A DNA stretch of 64,000 nt from Poseidonia sp. (GTDB taxonomy: Archaea > Thermoplasmatota > Poseidoniia > Poseidoniales > Poseidoniaceae). Numbering within the stretch: position 1 is the stretch's first letter; each line of letters opens with the position of its first letter. A program made the position numbers and the translations under genes. Under the pieces are notes generated by a model. The model was given only the letters and a program-made list of their open reading frames with translations. It was not told the DNA's origin and did not search any database. This document shows, piece after piece, positions 53,731 through 63,387 of this stretch. The DNA lies in contig JAKMEE010000014.1 in the NCBI GenBank assembly GCA_022426155.1, positions 6,207-70,206 of the forward strand, written 5' to 3'.

Positions 53731-56700
53731 TCAATTGCCCTGAATATTGAGGTAGGATTTCAGAGTCCTGTGGTTTTTGGTGACACTAAATCCGAAGGTT
53801 TCCTCAATCGCTCGATCAAGCAGTGTGAAATCTCCGTCCATCGTTGCAACCAGGACGGCTCCAATCTCTGGAAGGGCCTGACTCGCCAAATGTGTAGCAA
53901 GAAGATACACATCCAAATCCGTTTGTTCAGGATAGATATGTCGGCCATTTTGCGTGGTACGATACGTTGGCCCTCTGGCTTGTTTAAGCTCGGTCAGATC
54001 AGCGAACACATCGGAGTGTTTGAGTTGGAAATCCGTCAGTGTTTCCGAGGAAGTTGGCAATTCATCAAGCATGGCTTTGGTTGGTGTCCAAGTGTTGAAT
54101 TCCTTGACGACCTCTTCAACCATCTTCAGCATCATGGTTTCACTGGTGGCCTGATTCAGTCGGTCTTCATTGACGAAGGCTCCTTTGAAGCGGTAGCCTA
54201 GACGGTTGTCCTTGGCAAATTGTTTCAACTCACCGTGCACATCTTCGGGCACCATCAGGTGCAGGTTTCCGGATTGGGCATGGTGGCGCAGAACGTGGTG
54301 AAATCGATTGCTGCTGATGAAGTTGATGTTTGAACCAGACACCAAATTCATGTGCTGATACACCTTTTCGACCAGAGCATCAACTAAGATATTGGTGTCA
54401 ACAATGATGAGTGGGGTCAACGAAAGATTGTGAAGGAACCGACGCTTTGACGTTGAGATTTCAGCCTTGTACTGGGAAAATAACGTCTGTTCAACCCCCG
54501 CCAGTTGCTTACGTTCTTTCGCTTTGAATTTGGGAGAATTCTGAGCACGCTCAAGATACATCAATCCCTCAAACGGTCCATGTTCAGCAGCGGACTTGGC
54601 GAGATCATAGATTTCATCCAAAGAAGGAGAACTTGATTGCATGGCCTGTCGAAATTGTTGTTCGAACTGGTTACGGGAGCGACGGTTTTCTTTGCTAATT
54701 CTCGTCGAAGCAGCCGTCACACGCCCCAAGAAAGGCTCTGGAGGGAGTAAATGGGCCTGCTCGTAGGGGTAATTACGAAGCAGATCAAGTTCCTCTTCGA
54801 GGTAAATGGTACGTGTTCGGATGGTGATTTCACCCTCTTCATCGACCTCTTCATAAGTCTGCTTGCGTTGAACGAATTGACGAATCAAGCGGGAGGCTGC
54901 ATCTGTGTCCGTTTGGGACTGGTGGCATACCTTGAGATAGAGCTTGAAGCGCTCGGTGATGGCTGATTTTAGAGCAGGGATCTTTGCGAGCAGGTCGATG
55001 GCTTCCGCCCATTGTTTTCCATGAGCATAATGAATCAGTGATTTCCTGTACAACGAAATAGGGAGGGCAATAGCCGAATCGTCATCGTCTTCTTCGGTTT
55101 GAAGGAGGGGGTGATTTTCATTGTTCTCAAGCGCTGATGCAAACAATCCAGCCGCACGTGAATATTCTCTTGCTGAGTTCAACTCATCTCCGTTCGAGGC
55201 GTACAATGCTGCTCGTGCGAGCGCTGCAATTGGAGAGCGTGGTTCAACCCGTTGGAACCAATCTGCAAATTGTTTCAGTCCCAAATCATGTTCGAGGACC
55301 AGGAAGGAAAGTGAATCGACTAAACGCATTGGGAAGGAGAGATTGTCCAGCAAGGAGTCGGCCAAGGAGGCATCGTCTTTGTCGGATTGACCAATGTGAT
55401 ATCGTTGCAACATGCCGTTCATTGTGAGCGTGAGGAGAATCACTTCAAACAGACGACGTTCAACATGACTCAGTTCCAATTCTTCAAGGCTGGCTTGCAT
55501 GTTTCTAATCGGCGTGGCAAACACAACGCCGTCACCTTCAGCAAGCGCTGCACGAATCGGGCTGTATGCCTTCAAAGCGGTCTTGGTTTTACCCAAAACG
55601 GCAAGAAGTTCCTCGGGAGTCTCTTCATTGATGCCTTCAAGCAACAGCAGTAAATGTTCGGAAATGGAAGAAAGTACCGGCGGAACCTCTGTTCCGTGGA
55701 TTGATTTGAGCGCCTGATCCCTACATGTCACAAGTTTCGCACGAAGGGAAATCGGAAGGTAGGCAGGGGCGACATGAGAAACAAAGAGGGCTTCGTAGGG
55801 ATGCGAAAGAGGAAGGAGGTCGTCCTCTGAAAACACCTTGCAAAGTCGCTCAATATCAAAAGCGATCATGAGGGTTTGGACAACGGATGATTTGGCATCC
55901 ACCCATGTCCCTTGCTCTCCATCCACCAACCTCTGCGCCGCAGCAGTTCGCACAGAATCATTCAATTCACTGTGATTAACCATGGACAACCAAGCGTCTT
56001 CATCGATCTCAGGTAACAGAGTCAAGAGCCACTGATCCGCAATGGCATCGTCTAATGAGGCGATGAGGGGCAAAAGTTCGGATACATCCGAGTTGGCATC
56101 GAGGGACAATCCCTGAAGCAATTCAAGGGCTTGTGCTTTCTCACCCTCCTTGTGAAGAGCCTTCAATCGCCACCACGTCATACGTTCAAGTTGAGTAGTT
56201 AAACCTGCAACCTCAAGGTGCTCAAGGCCTTGACCGAGTTGTTCTGAGGTCAGTGATTCGGCGCTTGATGGAGCCAAGGACCAACCCAATTGCAGGCGGC
56301 GTTGGGAAAGAGGGTTATCGGGTTCCAGTTTGAGCAAGCCCTCCCAATCATTCATCGTTCCATTGGACAGGCTCATCACGTCTTCGAGCGCGATGCTCAA
56401 GGATTCGTCTTTGGCTTGACAGGCCTTTAGCACCGACTTTTCAACCGCCTGGTCACAATGAATGGAAAGAAGAAAACTCACAAAACATAGGCCATCGGTG
56501 AGATTGAACAAATGCGAATCTGGCTGGACTGTTCGTCCACTGTTCAATTGATTGATCACTTTCTGAATGGCCACATTGGTGGTCGCGTCGCTGGTTGAGG
56601 CGCTCGCTAATCGAAGGACATCCGACAGTGCATCTCCATCGTGTGGATTGATGGTAAAGAGGACTGTATCCATTGATTTTGAGGCTTTTTTGCTGCTCGC

Positions 56701-57204
56701 TTTTGCCTTCGGGAATGCCAAGAATTGCCCGAGAAGAAGGGTTCGTTCTGCAATGGCTTGCCAAACCGGATGGACCCCTTTGGTCATGCATTGTTCCCGA
56801 AGCATGGTTTCCGTTCCATTCCATGCTTCGTCCCAATCATCTGCATTCAATTGCTTGTGAATCAAGAGGGTTGCGAGTTGGTAGGCGGGGGTCAAGGGTT
56901 GTTCGTTGATGATGACATCTGGCGTATGCAACCATTCCATGTGAGCGGGTCCTGAACTTCGGCCGGTACGACGACGACCACGATGGCGGGTCATTGGGCG
57001 GCGAGGTCCCGATGTTTCACCGTCCTCTTCATCCGCCGCAGGAGGTTCTTCTTCATGTGCTGCAAAGACAAGAATGGCTCGTTGTGCTTTCTCCAGCATT
57101 TGCCATGATGCTTCTTTGTTCATTGTCGCCACGCGCACATTCTTTGACATGGGTTTTGAGAATGCAGCAGTGAGGCAAGTTTGCATGTATGTTTCTTCCA
57201 ACAA
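53731..57204 (-). CDS. Large helical-repeat protein with a C-terminal PIN-domain nuclease
   Basis: The last 230 aa or so carry the four PIN acidic positions in order: LIIVDTNILVDAL, VPEDVHGEL, EQTDLDVYLLA, VATMDGDF. The upstream 900 aa or so are Leu/Ala-rich helical repeats. The start is uncertain (57204, 57150 or 57123). Confidence 0.7.
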   Translation of the reverse strand: MLEETYMQTCLTAAFSKPMSKNVRVATMNKEASWQMLEKAQRAILVFAAHEEEPPAADEEDGETSGPRRPMTRHRGRRRTGRSSGPAHMEWLHTPDVIINEQPLTPAYQLATLLIHKQLNADDWDEAWNGTETMLREQCMTKGVHPVWQAIAERTLLLGQFLAFPKAKASSKKASKSMDTVLFTINPHDGDALSDVLRLASASTSDATTNVAIQKVINQLNSGRTVQPDSHLFNLTDGLCFVSFLLSIHCDQAVEKSVLKACQAKDESLSIALEDVMSLSNGTMNDWEGLLKLEPDNPLSQRRLQLGWSLAPSSAESLTSEQLGQGLEHLEVAGLTTQLERMTWWRLKALHKEGEKAQALELLQGLSLDANSDVSELLPLIASLDDAIADQWLLTLLPEIDEDAWLSMVNHSELNDSVRTAAAQRLVDGEQGTWVDAKSSVVQTLMIAFDIERLCKVFSEDDLLPLSHPYEALFVSHVAPAYLPISLRAKLVTCRDQALKSIHGTEVPPVLSSISEHLLLLLEGINEETPEELLAVLGKTKTALKAYSPIRAALAEGDGVVFATPIRNMQASLEELELSHVERRLFEVILLTLTMNGMLQRYHIGQSDKDDASLADSLLDNLSFPMRLVDSLSFLVLEHDLGLKQFADWFQRVEPRSPIAALARAALYASNGDELNSAREYSRAAGLFASALENNENHPLLQTEEDDDDSAIALPISLYRKSLIHYAHGKQWAEAIDLLAKIPALKSAITERFKLYLKVCHQSQTDTDAASRLIRQFVQRKQTYEEVDEEGEITIRTRTIYLEEELDLLRNYPYEQAHLLPPEPFLGRVTAASTRISKENRRSRNQFEQQFRQAMQSSSPSLDEIYDLAKSAAEHGPFEGLMYLERAQNSPKFKAKERKQLAGVEQTLFSQYKAEISTSKRRFLHNLSLTPLIIVDTNILVDALVEKVYQHMNLVSGSNINFISSNRFHHVLRHHAQSGNLHLMVPEDVHGELKQFAKDNRLGYRFKGAFVNEDRLNQATSETMMLKMVEEVVKEFNTWTPTKAMLDELPTSSETLTDFQLKHSDVFADLTELKQARGPTYRTTQNGRHIYPEQTDLDVYLLATHLASQALPEIGAVLVATMDGDFTLLDRAIEETFGFSVTKNHRTLKSYLNIQGN

Positions 57205-57278
57205 CTTGCCCCCTTATCCAACGGCCCTATTCTCCGTGCTTTGAATCCATCGTTGTCGCGATTTGAGAAAGCAATCCC

Positions 57279-57806
57279 TTGTTGAAGCATACGGTCATGA
57301 ACATGAACGGTTTGGGAGTGAGTGGTGAACCTCTGGATTTGATTCCTTTTTTGGCTCTCTTGGCCCATCCACTGCTGGCCAGTGCTCTGGTCATTTGGGT
57401 TTGGCGTCAATACGCCTGGCGTAAAAAATCCCATGAACTCAAAGGAGAGGAACGTTCAGTTCACCTTGCTCAACATGAACATAACGGTGAACGTTTGTTA
57501 TGGGCCACCGGGGGCGTAATTCTCGTCGCTTTCCTCGGTCGCGCCATTAGTGGATGGTACAACGAAGGCGATGTTCTATCAAACCTCTTTCCACAGAGCC
57601 TCCATGGCTTCATGGGCCCCGTTGGGTTTGGACTGATGGTCTATCTTACCCGCTTGGGGCGTGAAGCGAAATCCAACCGAGAAGCGGGTGAGTCCTTCGC
57701 CGTTCCGAAACTCAAGCACGGAAGGGCTGCAGATCTCATCGTTTACTTGGTGTTCATTCACGCTTTCTTGGGTTTCATCTACACCTTCGAAGTGCTCAGC
57801 ACATGA
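57279..57806 (+). CDS. Four-TM His-containing membrane protein (DUF4079-like?)
   Basis: Helices with embedded His: ALLAHPLLASALVIW, GFMGPVGFGLMVYL, LIVYLVFIHAFLGFIY. The family assignment is tentative. Confidence 0.5.
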   Translation: MLKHTVMNMNGLGVSGEPLDLIPFLALLAHPLLASALVIWVWRQYAWRKKSHELKGEERSVHLAQHEHNGERLLWATGGVILVAFLGRAISGWYNEGDVLSNLFPQSLHGFMGPVGFGLMVYLTRLGREAKSNREAGESFAVPKLKHGRAADLIVYLVFIHAFLGFIYTFEVLST

Positions 57807-57990
57807 GAGATGAACATTCGCTCAAGGGCCTCAGCAAAGGCACTCGTATTCGTTATCGAAGGATGAGCGACAGTTCCAGAAGGTGTCTTAATGACCAAGT
57901 AAAGCCTAGAAGTGTATAGGTGGCGAAAGACGCCGATTCAAATACACCTTGTTTTTGGGCATCAACATGGAAGGGGCAACCGATCCTGAG

Positions 57991-60303
57991 ATGCTGAAAA
58001 ATCGCCTCTTTTTCAGAATGGGCCTCTACATCCATGACCATCGGAAGGCTATGATGGCTTTCGGCCTCATCTCGTGTATCTTGATGGGTAGCCTCATCGC
58101 TATCGGCCCTGACTGGGCTGAAGGGTTTGGTGAGGACAATGTTGAATCACGGGATGCAAGAAAATTACTTTCCAAACGCTTTTCATGGGATGAAGATGAG
58201 GGGGGTCAATCCTTCCGATACATTGTCTTTCATCCAACTCTCAACGATTCCTCCTTAGCCTGGCAGGAGGCGGTTGAGAACGCCTTAACGCCGTTTGAAC
58301 AGCATTCCAAGATGGTTATTGAATATTCATGGGACGTTGCTGAGGTTGACAGAGGCGATGTGGTTGCTGAAGATGAAAACGGGTATTATGCCATTAACAA
58401 AGTCACTGTCTCCACGGATCGAAAAGAAGCAAAATTACTGATTGACGAACTTCATGAAAGCATTGTAATCGATTCCGAATACAACGCATGGATGACCGAC
58501 GGAATCATTGTTGACTGGACCTTTGATGACCGAATCAAGAATGATTTGGTCAAGGCTGAAGTTGTCGCAATTCCCCTCACACTTCTCATTCTTGGGCTGA
58601 TTTTTGGTTCATTCATTGCAGCATTGCTGCCAATGGGCGTCGGAGGAGGTACCTTGGTGGCTGCAGTCGGAATGACAATTTGGTTGTCGAATGTCACGGA
58701 TGTTACTGTCTACGCCACCAACATTGTCTCACTCATTGGAATCGGTGTATCCATTGATTACTCTCTCTTCCTTGTCAACCGATTTAGAGAGGAGTTGGAT
58801 CGTGGGCACGACGTACGAACCGCCACCGCCATGAGTTGTGCAACGGCTGGCAAGGCCGTCTTTTACTCGGGCATCACCGTGGCTATTGGCCTCATGGGCA
58901 TGCTTTTCTTCACCAATACTTCACTGCCTTCGCTTGGGATTGGCGGTACCATCGCCGTCTCAATTGCCATGGTATACTCGACCATCGTCCTTCCCGCCGT
59001 GATGGCAGCTCTCGGGCCACGGATCAACAATCTCAAAATCCCCTATGCCTTTGACATGCGAGCCAAAGATGATGGCTTGTGGGCAAGAATTGCAAAGCGG
59101 GTGATGGACCGTCCTTGGGCCGTCCTCATCCCTACCCTGATTCTTCTCATCGGGGCTGGACTTCCTTTCGCTTACGCTGAATTTTCCCTCTCGTCATGGA
59201 AGGCACTGCCACCAGACGATGAATCCCGCCAGGGTATGGAATTGATTGACGAGTTATGGCCTGACCAGGCTGCCAATTCAATCTTCATTGTTATTGATAC
59301 GGATGGTGCCGACCCGCTGTCAGAGGATAACCTGCGGGTTCAGCACGCCTATATGGTTGACCTGCTCAATGACTCTCGCGTAGCTGGAGGGATAGGCGTG
59401 GGATTGCCTGTAGCCAACATGAGTGCGGAAGATGTGGTCCAATTTTGGGCCGCATCTGATGAATCCATGCCACCCGAACAAGTCGCCATTCGTGAAAGCC
59501 TTCGATCGGCATTTGTTGGCCAGAATGCAACCTTGATGTCAATGCAATTGGTTGGTGAGCAAACAAGTGTCGACTCCCGAAAAACCGTCGAAGACATCCG
59601 TGAAAACCGTGATGAATTCCTTTCGGGATTTGATGGGGAAGAAGACCGCCTGCTCGTTGGAGGGTTTGCCGCCTACAATGCCGACAACCTTGATGCGATT
59701 GCTGATAATCTTCCCCGAGCTCTCGCCTTTATCTTGATTGCAACCTCAATTTTGATTTTCATGCAGGTCAAATCCGTTGTGATCCCCATCAAGGCCATCG
59801 CCATGAACATCCTCTCAATTTCAGCCTCGTTCGGCATGCTCGTCTGGGTGTTCCAGTGGGGCTATGGTGCCGACCTGCTCAACTTCACCGCTCAGCCCAT
59901 CGACTCGGGCAACCCTGTGATCATGTTCTGCATCGTGTTTGGTTTATCGATGGACTACGAGGTCTTGATGCTCTCTCGTATTCACGAGGAATGGGAACGC
60001 ACCGGTGACAACACCCTTGCTGTCGCCAACGGCTTGCAGAAAACAGGTGGACTCATCACCGGAGCTGCCGCCATTATGGTGGTCGTGTTCTGTGCCTTCG
60101 GTCTTTCATCGGTCATAATCCTCAAGCAAATCGGTCTCGGATTGGCCTTGGCTATCTTCATTGATGCGACGCTGGTACGCGCCCTTGTCGTTCCCTCAAC
60201 CATGCGGCTGATGGGCAAATGGAACTGGTGGGCACCATCCTTCTTGCGGGGCTCAGCACCCCATCCAGCACCAATCACGACGATGAATTCTGAACAAGAA
60301 TGA
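57991..60303 (+). CDS. MMPL/RND-superfamily exporter (second paralogue)
   Basis: GVSIDYSLFLVNRFREELDRG and GLSMDYEVLMLSRIHEEWERTG follow the two TM bundles. The start is set at MLKNRLFF (ATG 57991). Confidence 0.8.
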   Translation: MLKNRLFFRMGLYIHDHRKAMMAFGLISCILMGSLIAIGPDWAEGFGEDNVESRDARKLLSKRFSWDEDEGGQSFRYIVFHPTLNDSSLAWQEAVENALTPFEQHSKMVIEYSWDVAEVDRGDVVAEDENGYYAINKVTVSTDRKEAKLLIDELHESIVIDSEYNAWMTDGIIVDWTFDDRIKNDLVKAEVVAIPLTLLILGLIFGSFIAALLPMGVGGGTLVAAVGMTIWLSNVTDVTVYATNIVSLIGIGVSIDYSLFLVNRFREELDRGHDVRTATAMSCATAGKAVFYSGITVAIGLMGMLFFTNTSLPSLGIGGTIAVSIAMVYSTIVLPAVMAALGPRINNLKIPYAFDMRAKDDGLWARIAKRVMDRPWAVLIPTLILLIGAGLPFAYAEFSLSSWKALPPDDESRQGMELIDELWPDQAANSIFIVIDTDGADPLSEDNLRVQHAYMVDLLNDSRVAGGIGVGLPVANMSAEDVVQFWAASDESMPPEQVAIRESLRSAFVGQNATLMSMQLVGEQTSVDSRKTVEDIRENRDEFLSGFDGEEDRLLVGGFAAYNADNLDAIADNLPRALAFILIATSILIFMQVKSVVIPIKAIAMNILSISASFGMLVWVFQWGYGADLLNFTAQPIDSGNPVIMFCIVFGLSMDYEVLMLSRIHEEWERTGDNTLAVANGLQKTGGLITGAAAIMVVVFCAFGLSSVIILKQIGLGLALAIFIDATLVRALVVPSTMRLMGKWNWWAPSFLRGSAPHPAPITTMNSEQE

Positions 60304-60355
60304 CCCCCTTTTTCCAGTGGAGAACCTTCAAAACAGAAAGGGGAGGCGGCGCATC

Positions 60356-60532
60356 ATGGCTCGAGAAAACCGCACTCTCAGAAAGGTCAACAAGGTGTTG
60401 GCTCGTGTTGAAAAACACATTGAGGGCACGAAGGAAGCCCTTGAGGACCTTGAGATCGAGTTTGAAGTGCTCGGCTACCGTGAAGCGGTTGAAGAACGCC
60501 CCCGTTCAAGAGGAAGTCATCGAGGAGCCTGA
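60356..60532 (+). CDS. Small coiled-coil protein, possibly frameshifted
   Basis: GGGGAGG lies about 9 nt upstream of the ATG at 60356. The product begins MARENRTLRKVNKVLARVEKHIEGTKEALEDLEIEFEVLGYREAVEE. The reading frame changes character after a C5 run at 60499-60503. Confidence 0.4.
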   Translation: MARENRTLRKVNKVLARVEKHIEGTKEALEDLEIEFEVLGYREAVEERPRSRGSHRGA

Positions 60533-60585
60533 AGAAGAGGTTGACCTCGAAAACTCCACCAACATCACCATGCGAAAGTTCTGAG

Positions 60586-61608
60586 TCAAAGGCTTAGCAC
60601 ATCGTCTCGGCTGGCCCACATCGACATCCAATGTTCCATGTTGGCCTCCAGCCCCGGCGGTTGAATTCGACACCCACAAGCGTTGGCGTGACCTCCTCCC
60701 GTCGGGTCAAGTGATGTCGCCAAACGTGACAGGTCCCATCGACCCTGGCCTCCCTCGAGGAAGGAGTTCGCATAGAAACTCGCCCCCAGTGCAGGGCGAT
60801 CAGGCGTTGCTACGGAACCATCAGAGTAGCCATAGACAATGCAACAGGCATCAGCAGCGTCGCCTGCCCAAGCAGTGACGAGATAGCCATTAATCTTCAA
60901 AGGAGTCTCATCAAGGCGGCAAATAGCCAAACGGTCATGAATCGTCGTATGCGCTGCAACCCGGGCTTCGGCTTCAGATCGTTCTCGACGAACCCGTTCG
61001 AGGTGCGGTCGGACCTCTGGTTCGAGGAGCAAGTCCTCAAGACTCATGCCCTGTGAAAGTAACAACACCACTCGTTGCATGTACGCTTCCTCACGGATTG
61101 AGCAGGTGCGTGCAAACTGCAAGACTGGGCCGTCTGCAAGAAAATCTTCCTTGCTGATGCCACCCGAATCCAGTGCATCCACTTGTGGCATCATGCTGGC
61201 CAAATGTTCCACATTGATGAGTGGGGAGAGGAGGTCGTAAGCGAGTCTGGCGGCCGAAGGCGTAGCTTCCCAGTGACTGGTTCCTCCGGATGCTAAGAAG
61301 ACTGTGGATTGCTCAGCAGTAGGCCGATTGGTCTGATGATGGTCAACATACCAACCACAATTCGGATGAAAGGGTAAGTCGATTAATGCTGTACCTCGAT
61401 CAATCACGTCATCATTGAGACCCGACCGAAGGGCTGCAGCATGTGAAAACACAACCTCTGCTTCAGGGCGGAAGGCTTTGAGAATCGCGGCCCCACATAA
61501 CCCATCAAGGTCAGAATCTGCAACTATTCGGTGGTACATCGGGACCTCGTCAAACGTCAAAGGACCTGACCCCATGGCACTCGGTCCTACCAGCCCATCC
61601 ATCAACAT
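60586..61608 (-). CDS. DHH/DHHA1-family phosphoesterase (NrnA/RecJ-like)
   Basis: Motif I VADSDLDGLCGAAIL, motif III WYVDHHQTN, and the DHHA1 motif GGGHANACG. The start is uncertain (61608, 61602, 61575 or 61539); the track ORF extends to 61752 across the divergent Nudix gene start. Confidence 0.75.
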   Translation of the reverse strand: MLMDGLVGPSAMGSGPLTFDEVPMYHRIVADSDLDGLCGAAILKAFRPEAEVVFSHAAALRSGLNDDVIDRGTALIDLPFHPNCGWYVDHHQTNRPTAEQSTVFLASGGTSHWEATPSAARLAYDLLSPLINVEHLASMMPQVDALDSGGISKEDFLADGPVLQFARTCSIREEAYMQRVVLLLSQGMSLEDLLLEPEVRPHLERVRRERSEAEARVAAHTTIHDRLAICRLDETPLKINGYLVTAWAGDAADACCIVYGYSDGSVATPDRPALGASFYANSFLEGGQGRWDLSRLATSLDPTGGGHANACGCRIQPPGLEANMEHWMSMWASRDDVLSL

Positions 61609-61659
61609 TCGGGGACATGAAGCCGTTACGACCTTGAAGCATGACAATGTCGTGTAACC

Positions 61660-62070
61660 ATGGAGACCTCTTGTGGAGTGATTTTGGTCAACTACGGTAC
61701 GGTTCTCCTCCTCCAATATCCGCAGGGTCATTGGGACCTTCCGAAGGGTCATGTCGAAGATTCCGATGAAAATAGAACGGCGACTATGTTGCGCGAACTC
61801 GAAGAAGAAACAGGAATCTCTGCAGTTGAATTAATCAATGGATTTGAAGAACGCACGGAATACTCTTTCCGCCACAAAGGAAAGCGCAAACACAAACAAG
61901 TGTACTGGTATGTAGCGGAGACCGAAGAGATGGAAGTTCAACTCTCCCATGAACATCGCGGCTATCTCTGGTTGGATTGGGACCAAGCTCTTGAGACAAT
62001 CACTCACGAAGAAACTCGGACTGTGGTGAATCATGCTCGGAAATTTCATGCGTTGAATACAAGACAATGA
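61660..62070 (+). CDS. NUDIX hydrolase (Ap4A-hydrolase-like)
   Basis: Complete Nudix box: GHWDLPKGHVEDSDENRTATMLRELEEETGI. Confidence 0.85.
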   Translation: METSCGVILVNYGTVLLLQYPQGHWDLPKGHVEDSDENRTATMLRELEEETGISAVELINGFEERTEYSFRHKGKRKHKQVYWYVAETEEMEVQLSHEHRGYLWLDWDQALETITHEETRTVVNHARKFHALNTRQ

Positions 62071-62784
62071 TCACAGGTCTGCGAAGTCATCATCGTTGGC
62101 TTGCATTTGATGAATACGATGGGCGACGCCGTTTTCTGATGGGCGTTTGCCAAGTGGAAGCCAAAGCGTTTCTTGTTCATTGAGCATGTTGCCTGTCCAT
62201 CGACCTAGAACGAATAGCCAATCAGAAATTCGGTTCACATATACCATAGCGAGAGGGCGCACTGAACCATCACCTTCGGATTGAGACAACGTCACAATGT
62301 TTCGTTCGAGGCGGCGAGCCACCGTTCGAGCGAGATGAATGGAAGCAATGGGGCCTGACCCTGCTGGAAGAATAAAACTGGTAAGGTCTGGTAGAGAAGC
62401 AAGCCAAGCATCCATTTCATCAACCAGTACATCGGCTTGATGTTGACCAAGTAACGCCATGTATTCGGGTAGTTCTTCAGGAGGGCATGCAAGTTCTGCC
62501 CCGAGATCAAACAGTTCGTGCTGGAGCCGCCCGATTGCTTCACGCAAGACGGTTTGAACTCGTTGAACGTTGGTGCGCTCCCCGCCATCTTCATGGTCGG
62601 GCAATCGCTCAATTTCCATGAGGATCATGCCAAGCCAACTGTTGAGTTCGTCGCAGGTCCCGACGACTTCAAAACGAGCGTCAGATTTCATTCGACGTGA
62701 ACCGTCGACCAGAGAGGATTCTCCTTCATCGCCTCCGCCAGTATAGACGCGTGTAATCTTCACCATGGGTCTGCCTCGGACCAA
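62071..62784 (-). CDS. pduO: ATP:cob(I)alamin adenosyltransferase, PduO/MMAB type
   Basis: ITRVYTGGGDEGESSLVDG...RFEVVGTCDELNSWLG...LQHELFDLGAELA. The start may be Met7 (62766). Confidence 0.8.
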   Translation of the reverse strand: MVRGRPMVKITRVYTGGGDEGESSLVDGSRRMKSDARFEVVGTCDELNSWLGMILMEIERLPDHEDGGERTNVQRVQTVLREAIGRLQHELFDLGAELACPPEELPEYMALLGQHQADVLVDEMDAWLASLPDLTSFILPAGSGPIASIHLARTVARRLERNIVTLSQSEGDGSVRPLAMVYVNRISDWLFVLGRWTGNMLNEQETLWLPLGKRPSENGVAHRIHQMQANDDDFADL

Positions 62785-62790
62785 CCCAGT

Positions 62791-63276
62791 TCATGCTTCT
62801 ATGAGGGGTTTGCGGGAGGGGAATCCTTCCTCCATCCGATAATACCACTCGATATCCATTTCACCAACCGCCCAAGAAAACAAGGCCATCTGGCGGTCAA
62901 CAACACCGTACCACTCCAATCGACCTGGGTCCATGCATACGATTCTGGCTCCTATCGATTCTAAACGAGCGACGTTGTCTTGCCATTGGTTGACCAAATT
63001 TCCTAATTGCTCTGCTACTTCCAAAACGTGGGGATGCGTCATGTCCATGTGTTCAAGAAGCACTTCCAATTCATCCGTCAAATCGTGGGCCTCATCGCTC
63101 ATGGCTTGCAATGTGACGAGCACTCTGCCTGCGATGGTTAAGCTTGCACGAGCTTCGTCAATGGTGACAACACGGGCATCCTCGGGTAGCGGATAAGGTA
63201 GTAGTGCATCGGGTTCAAGCGCATCCAATTCCATAGGACGCCCCGAAAACAAAGGCTGGTCGGTTTCTTTACTCAC
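62791..63276 (-). CDS. DUF2203-like protein
   Basis: 161 aa. The C-terminal IGARIVCMDPGRLEWYG...ALFSWAVGEMDIEWYYRMEEGFPSRKPL matches my recollection of DUF2203. The call is tentative. Confidence 0.45.
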   Translation of the reverse strand: MSKETDQPLFSGRPMELDALEPDALLPYPLPEDARVVTIDEARASLTIAGRVLVTLQAMSDEAHDLTDELEVLLEHMDMTHPHVLEVAEQLGNLVNQWQDNVARLESIGARIVCMDPGRLEWYGVVDRQMALFSWAVGEMDIEWYYRMEEGFPSRKPLIEA

Positions 63277-63387
63277 GAGTGCCCCTGTTTTTGACGCCCT
63301 TTCAATTCATCGGAAGTCCTTCATGCAAGAAGTGCGTTTTTGAGCCTGAATCGGACATCCGCCGAATTTTTACAGGCAGACTTCACA

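Noticed and set aside
53552-53734. A 60-aa ORF in the gap between the PIN gene and the GSCFA gene.
   Set aside because: It has no motif and an odd composition, and it overlaps the PIN gene stop. It is more likely a non-coding spacer or promoter region of the AT-rich island.
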